64,000 nt of DNA from Thermodesulfobacteriota bacterium. GTDB taxonomy: Bacteria > Desulfobacterota > Desulfobulbia > Desulfobulbales > SURF-16. Both the position numbers and the translations under genes were made by a program. Location of the stretch: assembly GCA_040755455.1 (NCBI GenBank), contig JBFMAY010000022.1:1-64000 (forward strand). The letters run 5' to 3'. Numbering within the stretch: the first letter of the stretch is position 1; every line of letters starts with the position of its first letter. The notes beneath the pieces are model-generated. The model was given only the letters and a program-made list of their open reading frames with translations, searched no databases and was not told the origin of the DNA. Shown one piece after another: positions 1-10,762 of the stretch.

Positions 1-140
1 TCCTCGGCCAGGTAGGAGTTGGCCCGCAGCATGATGGAGTTGCCGCTGTTGGCCAGCTCAACCAGCACATCATAGCGCATGCCATATCCGCCGCAGAGAC
101 GGATGTTTTCCGCATCAACGTATACGCCTGTTTTCAGCAT
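1..140 (-). CDS. NYN/LabA-DUF88 (PIN-like) domain protein, 5' part only; runs off the window
   Basis: Not in the ORF track. Hand translation from ATG at 140 gives MLKTGVYVDAENIRLCGGYGMRYDVLVELANSGNSIMLRANSYLAE; the N-terminal VYVDAENI matches the NYN hhhDxxN start motif. Confidence 0.7.
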   Translation of the reverse strand, partial: MLKTGVYVDAENIRLCGGYGMRYDVLVELANSGNSIMLRANSYLAE

Positions 141-209
141 GCCTTTCAGAAATTTCCCATTTGACGGTAAACATTGCCGGACGAAAAAAAATGTCCCTCC
201 TGACCTCGT

Positions 210-1760
210 CTACTCCCACTCAATGGTGCTCGGCGGTTTGGAGGAGATATCAAACACCACCCGGTTGACCCCGCGTACCTCGTTGATAATCCGGTTGGAA
301 ATACGGCCAAGCAGATCATAGGGCAGCCGGGACCAATCGGCGGTCATGGCGTCGACGCTGTCCACCGCCCGCAGGGCAATGACATTCTCGTAGGTGCGCT
401 CATCGCCCATGACCCCCACGGTCTGGATGGGCAGCAGCACGGCAAACGACTGCCATACCTTGCGGTAGTATCCGGATTTTTTCATCTCCTCCAGGACGAT
501 GACATCGGCCTGGCGCAGGACATGCAGTCTGGCCCGGCTCACCTCGCCCATGATGCGGATGCCGAGGCCGGGGCCGGGAAACGGCTGTCGGTAAATGGCC
601 TCTTCCGGCAGGCCGAGCTCCAGGCCCAGCTCCCGCACCTCGTCTTTAAACAGCTCCCGCAGGGGCTCAATGAGGGCAAGCTTCATGACATCCGGCAGGC
701 CGCCCACGTTATGATGGGATTTAATCACCGCCGCGCCCCGGAAGGAGACACTCTCGATCACGTCCGGGTAGAGGGTGCCCTGGGCCAGGTAGCGCACATC
801 GCCCAGCTTTTTGGCCTCCTCTTCAAAGATTTTTATAAAGCCGTAGCCGATGCGTTTGCGTTTTTCTTCTGGATCAACCACACCCTCGAGCCGGTCGAGG
901 AAATAGTTTTCGGCGTCGATGTCAATGACCGTAAGATGGGTCTTTTCCCGGAAATAGCGCATGAGACTTGCCGTCTCGCCGGTGCGCATCAGGCCGTTGT
1001 TGACGTAAATGCAGGTGAGCTGCTCGCCGATGGCGCGATGGACCAGGGCCGCGGTCACGGATGAGTCAACCCCGCCGGACAGGGCGCAGATCACCTTTTC
1101 CCGACCGACCTTTTCCCGGATGCCCTGCACCGTGGTTTCCACGAAATTATGCATGGTCCAGTTGGGCTCGCAGCCGCACAGACCGAATATGAAGTTGCGC
1201 AGCACATCGGTGCCGATCAGGGTATGGGCCACCTCCGGATGAAACTGCACGCCCACCAGTTTTTTCCCCTGGTGGCGGATGGCGGCGTGGGGGGAGTGCT
1301 CGCTCACCGCCGAGGCGGCAAAGCCTGCGGGCAGCACCTCAATGCGGTCGCCGTGGCTCATCCACACCTGATATTGGGGCGAGCCGGTCTCAAGACCGGC
1401 AAAAAGGCCGCCGGTATAGTTGATTGCCAGATCCGACTTGCCGAACTCGCGTTTCACCGCCCGCTCCACCTTGCCGCCCAGCTGCTGTGTCATGAGCTGG
1501 GCGCCGTAGCAGATGCCGAGCACGGGAATGTCAAGGTCGAACAGGCCCGGATCGCTCAGCGGCGCGTCCTCGTCATAGACGCTGGCCGGCCCGCCGGAAA
1601 GCACAATGCCTTTGGGCTGCATCTCCTTGATTTTCGCTAGCTCCAGGGTGTAGGGATGGATTTCGCTGTAGACCTTCTGCTCGCGGATGCGGCGGGCGAT
1701 GAGCTGGGTGGTCTGGGACCCGAAATCAAGAATGAGTATTTTTTCACTGTGAATGTTCAT
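210..1760 (-). CDS. guaA: GMP synthase (glutamine-hydrolysing)
   Basis: [21 protein letters not shown] (GATase), [18 protein letters not shown]-terminal [10 protein letters not shown]. Start trimmed to MNIHSEK. Confidence 0.98.
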   Translation of the reverse strand: MNIHSEKILILDFGSQTTQLIARRIREQKVYSEIHPYTLELAKIKEMQPKGIVLSGGPASVYDEDAPLSDPGLFDLDIPVLGICYGAQLMTQQLGGKVERAVKREFGKSDLAINYTGGLFAGLETGSPQYQVWMSHGDRIEVLPAGFAASAVSEHSPHAAIRHQGKKLVGVQFHPEVAHTLIGTDVLRNFIFGLCGCEPNWTMHNFVETTVQGIREKVGREKVICALSGGVDSSVTAALVHRAIGEQLTCIYVNNGLMRTGETASLMRYFREKTHLTVIDIDAENYFLDRLEGVVDPEEKRKRIGYGFIKIFEEEAKKLGDVRYLAQGTLYPDVIESVSFRGAAVIKSHHNVGGLPDVMKLALIEPLRELFKDEVRELGLELGLPEEAIYRQPFPGPGLGIRIMGEVSRARLHVLRQADVIVLEEMKKSGYYRKVWQSFAVLLPIQTVGVMGDERTYENVIALRAVDSVDAMTADWSRLPYDLLGRISNRIINEVRGVNRVVFDISSKPPSTIEWE

Positions 1761-1871
1761 GCTGTCTGATCCATGGTGATGAAGAGGTGGAGGAAAAAAA
1801 CACAACTTGCTGATTTGTTATAACACATTGAAATAAGATGAGTTATCTGTTTTTTGTGAAGTTTGTTGCCT

Positions 1872-1965
1872 GGAGAGCCAAACGTCTGAAATCAGTAGCC
1901 GGAAGAGGGAGACAAGGCGAAAAAAAATCGGTTGTTCCGGCTGCTGATTTCTGGCTCCCGGCTCC
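1872..1965. repeat. Inverted heptamer-array element, copy A (no cargo gene)
   Basis: GAAATCAGTAGCCGGAA (1888-1904) pairs with TTCCGGCTGCTGATTTC (1935-1951); the right arm continues TGGCTCC-CGGCTCC. Confidence 0.65.
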
Positions 1966-2013
1966 ACCAGAAGTAAACAAACATTGCCCGGCCGGGCGCC
2001 GGACCCAGGCAGA

Positions 2014-3477
2014 CTAACTCATGCGGTAATTGGGGGCTTCTTTGGTAATAATCACGTCATGCACATGGCTCTCTTTCAGGCCGGCCGGACTGATGCGGAC
2101 AAATTTTGCCTTTTTCTGCAGATCCTGGATGTCGCTGGCGCCCAGGTAGCCCATGCCGGAGCGCAAGCCGCCGATCAGCTGGTAAATGGTATCGCAGATG
2201 GGGCCGCGGTAGGGAACCTTGCCCTCAATGCCTTCGGGCACCAGTTTGGCCGGCGACTCGATCTCGTCCTGGAAGTAGCGGTCGCTGCTGCCCCTTTTCA
2301 TGGCGCCCAGGGAACCCATGCCCCGGTAACCCTTATAGGTGCGGCCCTGGTAGAGAAAGGTCTCGCCCGGCGTTTCATCGCAACCGGCAAACAGGCTGCC
2401 GATCATGATGACATCCGCCCCGATGCCGATGGCCTTGGTGATATCGCCGGAGTGCTTGATGCCGCCGTCGCCGATCACCGGAACGCCGTATTTTTCCGCC
2501 GCCTTTTTGCAGTTGTAAATGGCGGTGAGCTGGGGGACGCCGACCCCAGCCACGACCCGGGTGGTGCAGATGGATCCGGGGCCTACCCCCACCTTGACAC
2601 AGTCGGCGCCGGCCTTGATCAGCGCCTCGGCCGCCTCGGCGGTGGCAATATTGCCGGCAATGATCTGCACCTCGGGGAAGGAGGCCTTGATGGTCTGCAG
2701 TTTGGTCAGAATATTTTTGGAATGGCCATGGGCGGAATCGAGCACGAACACATCAACCTCCGCCTTGATCAGTTTTTCCACATCCTCCAGGGAGGTGACC
2801 ACCCCGATGGCCGCCCCGACGCGCAGACGGCCGAGGGAGTCCTTGGCCGCCAGGGGGTATTTCCTGATCTTTTCCAGATCTTTGATGGTGATGAGCCCCT
2901 GCAGGTCGCCGCTGTCGTTCACCACCAGCAGTTTTTCGATGCGGTGTTCGTGGAGCAGGGCCTTGGACTGCTCCAGGGTGATGCCGACCCTGGCGGTGAC
3001 CAGGTTCTTGCTGGTCATCACCTCCTTGACCCGCAGGTCGAGGTCGGAGACAAAGCGCAGGTCGCGGTTGGTGACAATACCGATCAGTTTTTTCCCCTGC
3101 AGGACCGGCACCCCGGAAATCCGGTAATTCTGCATGATCTCCTTCACCTCGCCCACGGTCTGGTCCTCCACCACCGTGACCGGGTCGACGATCATGCCGG
3201 ATTCCGATTTTTTCACCTTTTTCACCTGCAGCACCTGCTCGTCAATGGACATGTTCTTGTGGATGATGCCGATGCCGCCCTCCCTGGCCATGGCAATGGC
3301 GGCACGGTGCTCGGTGACCGTGTCCATGGCCGCGCTGATCAGCGGGATATGCAGGGTGATATGCCGGGTCAGGCTGGTGGTCAGGTTGACCTCGCTGGGA
3401 AGAACCTCGGAGGCCTGCGGCACCAGGAGGAGATCGTCAAAGGTAAAGGCGTATTCGATTGTATTGTCTGCAAACAT
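2014..3477 (-). CDS. guaB: IMP dehydrogenase with CBS pair
   Basis: [29 protein letters not shown] catalytic Cys loop, YRGMGS, ESHVHD. Confidence 0.98.
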   Translation of the reverse strand: MFADNTIEYAFTFDDLLLVPQASEVLPSEVNLTTSLTRHITLHIPLISAAMDTVTEHRAAIAMAREGGIGIIHKNMSIDEQVLQVKKVKKSESGMIVDPVTVVEDQTVGEVKEIMQNYRISGVPVLQGKKLIGIVTNRDLRFVSDLDLRVKEVMTSKNLVTARVGITLEQSKALLHEHRIEKLLVVNDSGDLQGLITIKDLEKIRKYPLAAKDSLGRLRVGAAIGVVTSLEDVEKLIKAEVDVFVLDSAHGHSKNILTKLQTIKASFPEVQIIAGNIATAEAAEALIKAGADCVKVGVGPGSICTTRVVAGVGVPQLTAIYNCKKAAEKYGVPVIGDGGIKHSGDITKAIGIGADVIMIGSLFAGCDETPGETFLYQGRTYKGYRGMGSLGAMKRGSSDRYFQDEIESPAKLVPEGIEGKVPYRGPICDTIYQLIGGLRSGMGYLGASDIQDLQKKAKFVRISPAGLKESHVHDVIITKEAPNYRMS

Positions 3478-3515
3478 GGTCCATGGTCTCCATCAGCTCG
3501 TGTTGCGGTAAAAAT

Positions 3516-3535
3516 AAAAAAACCCGACTTGGGTT
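3516..3535 (-). terminator. Possible weak intrinsic terminator downstream of aspS
   Basis: Minus strand reads AACCCAAGTCGGGTT followed by a T-run; short stem. Confidence 0.35.
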
Positions 3536-3569
3536 ATTCTAGCAGATTTTTCCGGTGCCGGAGGGAAAA

Positions 3570-5375
3570 TTAACGGGGTTTTTCACTTTTCTCCTGCTGC
3601 CAGTCCGGCCTGAGATGCAGCTCCGTCAACTGCTTGCGCGCCACCCCTGCCGGGGCATCGGTGAGCGGACAGGTGGCCTTCTGGGTTTTGGGGAAGGCGA
3701 TGACGTCGCGGATCGTATCACGGCCGGCGATGATCATCATCAACCGGTCAAGGCCGAAGGCGATGCCGCCGTGGGGCGGGGCGCCGAGTTCCAGGGCCTT
3801 GAGCAGAAAGGCGAATTTGTCGGCCGCCTCTTCCGGGGCAATGCTCAGGGCGGCAAACACCCGGTCCTGCACCTCTTTCTGGTGGATGCGCAGACTGCCG
3901 CCGCCGATTTCCGTGCCGTTAAGCACCAGATCGTAGGCCCGGCTGCGCACCCTGCCAGGCTCCGTCTCAAGCAGCGCCATGTCCGCCTCGGCCGGGGCGG
4001 TGAAGGGATGATGCACCGCGGTGTGCCGCTTCTGCTCGTGGTCATATTCCAGCAGCGGGAAATCGGTGACCCAGAGAAAATTGAAGGTGTTTTTGTCGAT
4101 CAGCTTGAGCCGGCGGGCCAGTTCCAGCCGCAGCTCGGCCAAGGCGGTCCGGACCACCACGGCGTTGTCGGCCACGAAAAAGAGCAGGTCACCGGGCTGG
4201 GCATCCAGGGCCGCAGCCATGGCCGCCCGCTCGTCTGCGGTGAAGAATTTGGCGATGGGCGACTGCCATTCGCCGTCCTCTTTCACCTTGACCCAGGCCA
4301 AACCCTTGGCGCCGTATGGGGCCACATAGGCGGTCAGATCATCCAGGTCCTTGCGGGAAAAGACGGCGCAGCCCTTGGCGTTGATGCTTTTCACCTGGCC
4401 GCCTTTTTCCACCACGGTGCGGAAGACCTGAAAGCCGCAGCCCTGCACCACCTCGGTGAGGTTGATCAGCTCAAGGTCGAAGCGGGTGTCCGGCTTGTCA
4501 CAGCCGTAGCGCTCCATGGCGTCCGCATAGGTCATGCGGGGGAAGGGGGTTTGCAGGGCAAGGCCTTTGGTGGCGGCAAAAAGACTGGTCATCATCCCTT
4601 CGGCAATACGGTAGATATCCTCCTCGGTGATGAAGGAGAGCTCCATATCCACCTGGGTGAATTCCGGCTGTCGGTCGGCCCGCAGGTCCTCGTCCCGGAA
4701 ACACTTGACGATCTGGTAATAGCGGTCCATACCGGCCACCATGAGCAGCTGTTTGAACAGCTGGGGCGACTGGGGCAGGGCGTAGAATTTGCCGGCATTG
4801 ACCCGGCTGGGCACCAGGTAGTCCCGCGCCCCCTCCGGGGTTGAGCGGGTCAGCACCGGGGTCTCGATCTCCAGAAAATTCTCGCCGTTGAGATAGGTGC
4901 GCAGGGCCTGGCAGGCCTTGTGGCGCAGGATGAGGTTGTCCGCCATGCCCGGCCGCCGCAGGTCGAGATAGCGGTACTGCAGGCGCAGATTTTCCGACAC
5001 CTCGATGTCTTCATCCAGGGGAAAGGGTGGGGTGATGCTGGCATTCAAGATGCGCAGCTCGCTGATCATCACCTCGATCTCCCCGGTTTTCAGGTTGGCG
5101 TTGACCATGCCGGCCGGCCGGCGGGTGACCCGGCCGCGCACGGCGATGACCCACTCGCTGCGCAGGACGTGGGCCTTGCCATGGGCCTCGCTGTTGAATT
5201 CCGGATTAAAGACAATCTGGCTGATGCCCCAGCGGTCGCGCAGGTCAATGAAGATAACCCCGCCGTGGTCGCGGCGGCGCAGCACCCAGCCCATCAACGT
5301 TACTTCCTGATCGGTATGATCCACCCCAAGGTCATTACATGTATGACTGCGCTTCAGCTCACCCATGGATTCCAT
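3570..5375 (-). CDS. aspS: Aspartate--tRNA ligase, probably non-discriminating (Asp/Asn)
   Basis: OB-fold RRRDHGGVIFIDLRD, STPEGARDYLVPSR, FRDEDLRADRQPEFTQ, GAD insert, GAPPHGGIAFGLDR. Confidence 0.97.
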   Translation of the reverse strand: MESMGELKRSHTCNDLGVDHTDQEVTLMGWVLRRRDHGGVIFIDLRDRWGISQIVFNPEFNSEAHGKAHVLRSEWVIAVRGRVTRRPAGMVNANLKTGEIEVMISELRILNASITPPFPLDEDIEVSENLRLQYRYLDLRRPGMADNLILRHKACQALRTYLNGENFLEIETPVLTRSTPEGARDYLVPSRVNAGKFYALPQSPQLFKQLLMVAGMDRYYQIVKCFRDEDLRADRQPEFTQVDMELSFITEEDIYRIAEGMMTSLFAATKGLALQTPFPRMTYADAMERYGCDKPDTRFDLELINLTEVVQGCGFQVFRTVVEKGGQVKSINAKGCAVFSRKDLDDLTAYVAPYGAKGLAWVKVKEDGEWQSPIAKFFTADERAAMAAALDAQPGDLLFFVADNAVVVRTALAELRLELARRLKLIDKNTFNFLWVTDFPLLEYDHEQKRHTAVHHPFTAPAEADMALLETEPGRVRSRAYDLVLNGTEIGGGSLRIHQKEVQDRVFAALSIAPEEAADKFAFLLKALELGAPPHGGIAFGLDRLMMIIAGRDTIRDVIAFPKTQKATCPLTDAPAGVARKQLTELHLRPDWQQEKSEKPR

Positions 5376-5408
5376 AGGATCTCCTTTACGATTTTATAAT
5401 GATGAAAA

Positions 5409-5487
5409 GGAGCCAAAAACCAGGAGTCGGAAGCCGGCATAACAGCTTTTGACCGCTTCTGGCTCCTGACTTCTGGCTCCTGACTTC
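5409..5487. repeat. Inverted heptamer-array element, copy B (no cargo gene)
   Basis: Left GGAGCCA AAAACCA GGAGTCG GAAGCCG; right TGGCTCC TGACTTC TGGCTCC TGACTTC abutting the hisS stop. Confidence 0.8.
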
Positions 5488-6753
5488 TCAAATAATCTTT
5501 GCCGCCAGCTCCCTGGCCCAGGTGTCCGCATCCAGGGCGATGGCCAGGGGGAACTGTTGGCTGCTCTCCATGTTGCGCAGCATGGCCGCGCCCCGGGCCA
5601 GCTCCTCTTCGCCGAGGATTACGGCGAAACGGGCCCCTGCCTTGCCGGCCTGTTTCATCTGGTTTTTCAGGCTGCGGTCCTGGCAGTCCATGGCTGCGGT
5701 GCGACCCGCCTTGCGCAGGGCGTGGGTCAGGGCAAAGCCCTTTTTCTGGGCCGCGGCCCCCAGGGCGACGACAAAGAGATCAAGGCGCGGCGCGGCAATC
5801 CCCTTCTGCTGCTGTTCAAGCAACAAGGCCAGCCGCTCCATGCCCATGGCAAAGCCGATGCCCGGCACATCCGGGCCGCCGAGCTGCTTCACCAGCCCGT
5901 CATAGCGGCCGCCGGCCCCCACGGCGCTCTGGGCGCCCAAATCGCTGGTCACCAGCTCAAAGGTGGTTCGGGTGTAGTAATCAAGGCCGCGCACCATAAA
6001 AGAATTGACCCTATAGGGGATGGCCAGCAGGTCGAGCCCCTCCTTTACCTCGCTGAAATGGCTGGTGCAGCCGGGGCAGAGGAAATCGAGAATCGATGGG
6101 GCCTGCCGGTATTGCTCCTGGCAGTGGCTGCTCTTGCAGTCCAGCACCCGCAACGGATTGGTCTCCCGCCGGCGCAGGCAGTCCTCGCAGAGATTTTCCG
6201 CCTGGTGCAGGAAATCAAGCAGGGCTGCGTTGAACGCCGGCCGGCACTGGGGGCAGCCCAGGGAGTTGATTTCCAGGCCGGCGGACAGGCCCAGCTCGGT
6301 CATGATCAGCCAGGCCATGGCCATCATTTCCGCATCAACCTGGGGGTGGTCCGAGCCCAGCACCTCGACGCTCATCTGGTGAAACTGGCGCAGGCGCCCT
6401 TTCTGGGGGCGTTCATGGCGGAACATGGGGCCGATGGTGTAGAGCTTCTGCACGGCCTTTTTGGCCAGCAGCCCGTTTTCAATATAGGCGCGCAACACCG
6501 AGGCGGTACCCTCCGGCCGCATGGTGAGCGATGAGCCGTTGCGGTCGGTGAAGGTGTACATCTCTTTTTCTACGATATCCGTGGTCTCGCCGATGGAGCG
6601 GATGAACAGCTCGGTTTTTTCCAGGATAGGCACCTTGATCTCGGCGAGATCAAAACGGTGAAAGATGTCCCTGGCAGTCTTTTCAATGAACTGCCAGGTC
6701 TCAACCTCACCGGGGACAATATCCTTAAAACCTTTTAGTGCCTTAATACTCAA
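5488..6753 (-). CDS. hisS: Histidine--tRNA ligase
   Basis: TDIVEKEMYTF, MRPEGTA, FRHERPQKGRLRQFHQ, VRGLDYY, GGRYDGL. TTG start after AAGAGG. Confidence 0.97.
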   Translation of the reverse strand: MSIKALKGFKDIVPGEVETWQFIEKTARDIFHRFDLAEIKVPILEKTELFIRSIGETTDIVEKEMYTFTDRNGSSLTMRPEGTASVLRAYIENGLLAKKAVQKLYTIGPMFRHERPQKGRLRQFHQMSVEVLGSDHPQVDAEMMAMAWLIMTELGLSAGLEINSLGCPQCRPAFNAALLDFLHQAENLCEDCLRRRETNPLRVLDCKSSHCQEQYRQAPSILDFLCPGCTSHFSEVKEGLDLLAIPYRVNSFMVRGLDYYTRTTFELVTSDLGAQSAVGAGGRYDGLVKQLGGPDVPGIGFAMGMERLALLLEQQQKGIAAPRLDLFVVALGAAAQKKGFALTHALRKAGRTAAMDCQDRSLKNQMKQAGKAGARFAVILGEEELARGAAMLRNMESSQQFPLAIALDADTWARELAAKII

Positions 6754-7100
6754 CGAACCACCTCTTGTCTTTCAATATGGTAATGCTTATTATTGTCTAA
6801 TTGTTTTCAGGCAGGACGATCACCGCGATAAAAAACTGTCAAACTTAGCTTGAAATAAACGGGAAGTCAAGTGTTTGGCGAGAAATCTGCTTGGAAAATG
6901 CACAAGTCCCTTTCGGGTGTTGTCAGGATTTTTTTGGGCAGGAAGAACTTTTGAGCCCGACAATGATTTTACTGAAGAAAACCTTGTGGGCAACCCTTGC
7001 TCAGCTTTTTGGCTAAAAAGATTTGTGAGGATAGATGCACAAAAGGTTGTATAATAGACTGTCCCTTACAAGGATATGCCGCCCCGAGGGCAGAAAAATC

Positions 7101-7622
7101 ATGCCATTTTTTCAAAAGGATATCTGGAAATATCAGCTGCAGGACGCCATGATTTACTGGCTCGCTGTTCCTGGTGCCGTCATTGTTTCCGGGCTGCTGC
7201 TGGACCGTTTGTTCCATTTTTCAGCAATCCCTGCCTTCCCCTGGCTGACGGCAACGGTGTTGCTGCTTTTGGCCAGCGGGCTTTGGTTTATCTGGCGGGC
7301 CACAGTCGATCTCGCCCGATACGGCAATGGGACGCCCAACCCGCGCCGCCCCCCGAAAAGACTGGTGACAGAAGGGATCTATCAGTGGTGTCGCCATCCC
7401 ATGTTTTTTGGCTATGATCTGGCCGCCCTGGCCGTGGTGTGTTTGTTCCGCTCGCCTGCCATGCTGTGTATCAGTTTCCCCGTGTTTCTTATCATGCAGA
7501 TCCGCTTTTTGCACAAAGAGGAGCGGTATCTGCTGCGCCGTTATGGCGAGGTATTTATCAACTATAAACAGAATGTGCCGTTTCTGGTGCCATTCTGCTC
7601 AACAGGAGAACAAAAAATATGA
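7101..7622 (+). CDS. Isoprenylcysteine carboxyl methyltransferase / PEMT-family membrane protein
   Basis: Hydrophobic helices, GTPNP...LVTEGIYQWCRHPMF, EERYLLRRYGEVF..YK..VP. Start uncertain (7035 or 7101). Confidence 0.85.
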   Translation: MPFFQKDIWKYQLQDAMIYWLAVPGAVIVSGLLLDRLFHFSAIPAFPWLTATVLLLLASGLWFIWRATVDLARYGNGTPNPRRPPKRLVTEGIYQWCRHPMFFGYDLAALAVVCLFRSPAMLCISFPVFLIMQIRFLHKEERYLLRRYGEVFINYKQNVPFLVPFCSTGEQKI

Positions 7623-8704
7623 AAGCAATAAAGTTTTTGCGAAATTTCCTGCTTGCCGGCCGGGATCATCGTGAGGTCGAGGAAAAAGTGTTTGCCCTTC
7701 TCGATGAATTTCTGGACAGGCGGTATATCAAAGACAGAGGACGACCGGCCAAAATGGCCAAGTATGCCCAGAAGAATTTTTTTTCCATCCTCTTTCTTTC
7801 CGTCTACAAGGCGCTGGGCATTCCCCGGGAGAGGCGCATGATCTACGGCGTGATCAATCACTGTCTACGGGGCCTGGTCACCGGCACCGATAATCTGCTG
7901 GACAATGAATACAAGGAGCTGTTGCCTCTCGATCTGCCGGATGATGCGCTCCGTTTCAAGAGCGTCATGCATATCCTGCTGTTTGATCGCTTTCTGGGCC
8001 GGGTGGTGAACCAGATGGCGGATGAGGGCGTCATTGATCGCCCCTTGGCTGACCGGGTCCAGCGGGAGCTTTTCCGGGCCATGGTGCCCATCGGCGCGGA
8101 AGAGGCCCAGGAGGAGGGAGGGGTGCGGGAAATTATCTCACCTGCCGCCATTCTTGATTCCGTGCATATGTATAAAGGGGGCAAGCTTCTCTGTCTTTCC
8201 TTTGTCGCCCCTCTGCTCATTGAACAGGAAAACAGAAGGCTTTTAACCCTTGCCGAACAGGGCATTTTCAGTATAGGTATGGCCTTGCAGGTCATTGACG
8301 ATCTGACCGATTTTTATGCCGATATGCGGGATTTGCGGCACAATTATCTGGTTTCCGTGATACACTACGAGGGCACCGAAAAGGAAAGGGAGATGCTGGC
8401 CAGGGAGCTGGCAACGCGATCCGGCAGCGGCCCGGCCATTGAAGAGGCCTACCCCTACAGCGTCGGCCTGGTGATGGAGCGGGCCATCGGTGAGGCCCTG
8501 CACGGCTTTGAGTTGCTGGCCGAGGCGGGTTACTGGCTGGAGCGGCAGAGTGCGGTCCGGCTCATCCGCCAGCTCTTTCGGCTGCGCGGCGTGCAGCGAC
8601 TGCTGCCGTTTTTCCCGGCAGAAAAGGATATTCACCAGACCCTGACCTCCGGCAGCCCGATGCAGAGCGATGGAGCACAACAGCTCTGGCAATGTCATGC
8701 CTAG
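7619..8704 (+). CDS. Class I isoprenoid/terpenoid-synthase-fold protein (prenyltransferase- or cyclase-like), substrate unknown
   Basis: Degenerate first Asp-rich motif TDNLLDNE, YKGG where prenyltransferases carry KT, second motif GMALQVIDDLTD...D..DLRHNY. ATGA overlap with the upstream gene. Confidence 0.6.
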   Translation: MKAIKFLRNFLLAGRDHREVEEKVFALLDEFLDRRYIKDRGRPAKMAKYAQKNFFSILFLSVYKALGIPRERRMIYGVINHCLRGLVTGTDNLLDNEYKELLPLDLPDDALRFKSVMHILLFDRFLGRVVNQMADEGVIDRPLADRVQRELFRAMVPIGAEEAQEEGGVREIISPAAILDSVHMYKGGKLLCLSFVAPLLIEQENRRLLTLAEQGIFSIGMALQVIDDLTDFYADMRDLRHNYLVSVIHYEGTEKEREMLARELATRSGSGPAIEEAYPYSVGLVMERAIGEALHGFELLAEAGYWLERQSAVRLIRQLFRLRGVQRLLPFFPAEKDIHQTLTSGSPMQSDGAQQLWQCHA

Positions 8705-9386
8705 CGAGCAGGCTCAGATGAATGAGCACGTACCTGCCACCCGGGGGCGGCATCTCAACCATGTGGCCTGGCTTTATGATCCGCTGGTGGAGCGGCTTTC
8801 CTTCGGCAGGGAGCGCCGGTTCAGGCAAAAAACCATTGCCTGGATGACTATCTCCCCGTCGGACAGGATCCTTGATGTAGGGTGCGGCACCGGGAGCTTG
8901 ACCCTCATGCTGGCTCAGCGGATCGATCCGTCTGCCGGGGAGGTCATCGGCATTGATGCTGCACCGCGGATGATTGCCATTGCCCGCAGAAAAGCGGCAA
9001 AAAAGAGGCTTGCCGTAAGGTTTAAGGTAGGGATTGCCGAATCCCTTGCCTTTGCCGACAAGTCCTTTGACTGGGTGGTGAATTCCATGTTTACCCATCA
9101 CATCGATACAGAGCTCAAGGAAAAGGCCTTTGCCGAGATGTACCGGGTACTTAAACCGGGAGGGATGCTGCTCACAGCAGACATTGACCGTCCGACCACT
9201 CTGCTTGCCAAGCTGACCGGCTGGGGCGGGAGGTACCTTTTAATGCAGCCGGAACTGGAGGACAATCTGTTGGGCCTGCTGCCGGACTTCATGCACCGGG
9301 CCGGTTTCCGGCTGGTGGAAAAAAAGGAGCATGTCTACGGTCTGGTCTCCTTTTTTACGGCAAAAAAACCTGAGGTTGACCGGTGA
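8697..9386 (+). CDS. Class I SAM-dependent methyltransferase (UbiE-like fold)
   Basis: ILDVGCGTG, VIGIDA, AESLAFADKSFD, EMYRVLKPGG. Confidence 0.92.
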   Translation: MPSEQAQMNEHVPATRGRHLNHVAWLYDPLVERLSFGRERRFRQKTIAWMTISPSDRILDVGCGTGSLTLMLAQRIDPSAGEVIGIDAAPRMIAIARRKAAKKRLAVRFKVGIAESLAFADKSFDWVVNSMFTHHIDTELKEKAFAEMYRVLKPGGMLLTADIDRPTTLLAKLTGWGGRYLLMQPELEDNLLGLLPDFMHRAGFRLVEKKEHVYGLVSFFTAKKPEVDR

Positions 9387-10606
9387 AGACATTTTTACTG
9401 TATGCCCGCATTGGTTTGCGCAATATTCGACGAAATACTAGACGGTCGTTGTTCACCATTGTGGCCATCTCTTTCGGGCTCTTCAGCCTCATTGTTTTTC
9501 AGGCCTTGAAGGTCGGCCTGCATAAGGAGATGGTCAGCAGCACCCTGGGGCTTGACGCCGGCACCGTCCAGATCCATGCGGCGGGTTTTGCGGCGAACAT
9601 GGCCCTTATCCAGCCCATCACCGAAAAGGAGAAGGTCCGGGCGGCGCTTGCCGGCATTGGTTTGACCGATTTTTCCGAGCGGATCAAGTCCCCGGCTCTG
9701 GTGCTGGCCGGGCGGAAAAGCTCCTCTGTCATGCTGACCGGCGTCCGACCTGAACAGGAAGAGAAGATTACCTTTATCGGCCGCAGAGTTGTTTCCGGAA
9801 ATTATCTTGCAGAGAAAGACCGGCTGCTGCTCGGTAAATCGCTGTCGGACAGTCTCGGCGTAAAACCGGGCGATGAGGTGCTGCTGATGGTGCAGGGCAT
9901 GTATGGCCGGCCGGTGACCAGGAAATTTATCATCGGCGGGCTGTATGAGACCGATCTGCCCTCCTTTGACCGCAGCCACGCGTATCTGCCCCTGGAGGCT
10001 GTCCAGCATTTCCTGGGCGCTGAGGAGGTAGTGAGCGAAATCGTGCTGCACAGCGATCCTGAGCAGGCGCAGGCCCAAGCGAGCAGCCTGCGGGAGAGGC
10101 TTGATAGTGGGATCTATCAGGTCATCACTTGGCGGCAGGCCGTGCCGGACCTGCTGCAGCTCATCGAACTCAATGACGCCACCATGCGGCTGCTCATTGT
10201 CATTGTCTTTGCCATTGTCGCCATGGGCATCACCAACACCATGAGCACGGTCATCTTCGAGCGCTTCCGGGAATTCGGCATCCTCAATGCCCTAGGAGCC
10301 GGACCGGCGGGCATTGTCTCGCTCGTCATCCTTGAGTCGTTTTTCCTCGGGGCCATTGCCACCATGCTGGGAAGCCTTGCCGGCATTGCCGCCTGTCTCT
10401 ATCTGCAGCAGTACGGCATTGATCTGACCCGTTTTATCAGCACCAATCAGTATTTTGCCGCCGGGCATGTGCTGCGGGCCTATGTGACCCCCGGGGATCT
10501 GCTGAACTCCGTGGTGATCACCCTGGCCACGGCCATTGCCGCAGGGATTTACCCGGCATGGAAGGCGGCCAATATGGATCCGGTCAAGGCCCTGGTTCAT
10601 AACTGA
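9383..10606 (+). CDS. ABC transporter permease, MacB/FtsX/LolC-E family
   Basis: RNIRRNTRRS N-terminus, large periplasmic loop, FERFREFGILNALG, YPAWKAANMDPVKAL. GTGA overlap with the methyltransferase. Confidence 0.93.
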   Translation: MKTFLLYARIGLRNIRRNTRRSLFTIVAISFGLFSLIVFQALKVGLHKEMVSSTLGLDAGTVQIHAAGFAANMALIQPITEKEKVRAALAGIGLTDFSERIKSPALVLAGRKSSSVMLTGVRPEQEEKITFIGRRVVSGNYLAEKDRLLLGKSLSDSLGVKPGDEVLLMVQGMYGRPVTRKFIIGGLYETDLPSFDRSHAYLPLEAVQHFLGAEEVVSEIVLHSDPEQAQAQASSLRERLDSGIYQVITWRQAVPDLLQLIELNDATMRLLIVIVFAIVAMGITNTMSTVIFERFREFGILNALGAGPAGIVSLVILESFFLGAIATMLGSLAGIAACLYLQQYGIDLTRFISTNQYFAAGHVLRAYVTPGDLLNSVVITLATAIAAGIYPAWKAANMDPVKALVHN

Positions 10607-10611
10607 AGGGG

Positions 10612-10732
10612 TATAGTTTGTAGGTGATTAGTCAGTTAGCAAAAGAGTGGCGTCAACCTAAGCCGTTGTAAATAAATAACATGGCCATCTGCATGCCCTG
10701 CACGGCTCCTAAACGGCTAACAGACTACAGTC
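10612..10732. repeat. Degenerate inverted repeat element (TAGTYTG-like units) inside the ABC operon
   Basis: Left TAGTCAGTTAGC and right GCTAACAGACTA form a 12-bp inverted repeat with one mismatch; flanks show rough 7-bp periodicity. Confidence 0.45.
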
Positions 10733-10762
10733 TTAAAAACATATTACAGCAGGAACATCCAC

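Noticed and set aside
141..260. Genomic island at the guaA 3' end, a known integration hotspot
   Set aside because: No integrase or duplicated att visible; the next gene is an NYN-domain protein and the window ends.
1984..3573. Long antisense ORFs, e.g. 529 aa opposite guaB, 13341-14795 opposite nadB, 16925-18517, 26905-28290
   Set aside because: Shadow frames of GC-rich genes: they mirror well-supported genes and show no motifs.
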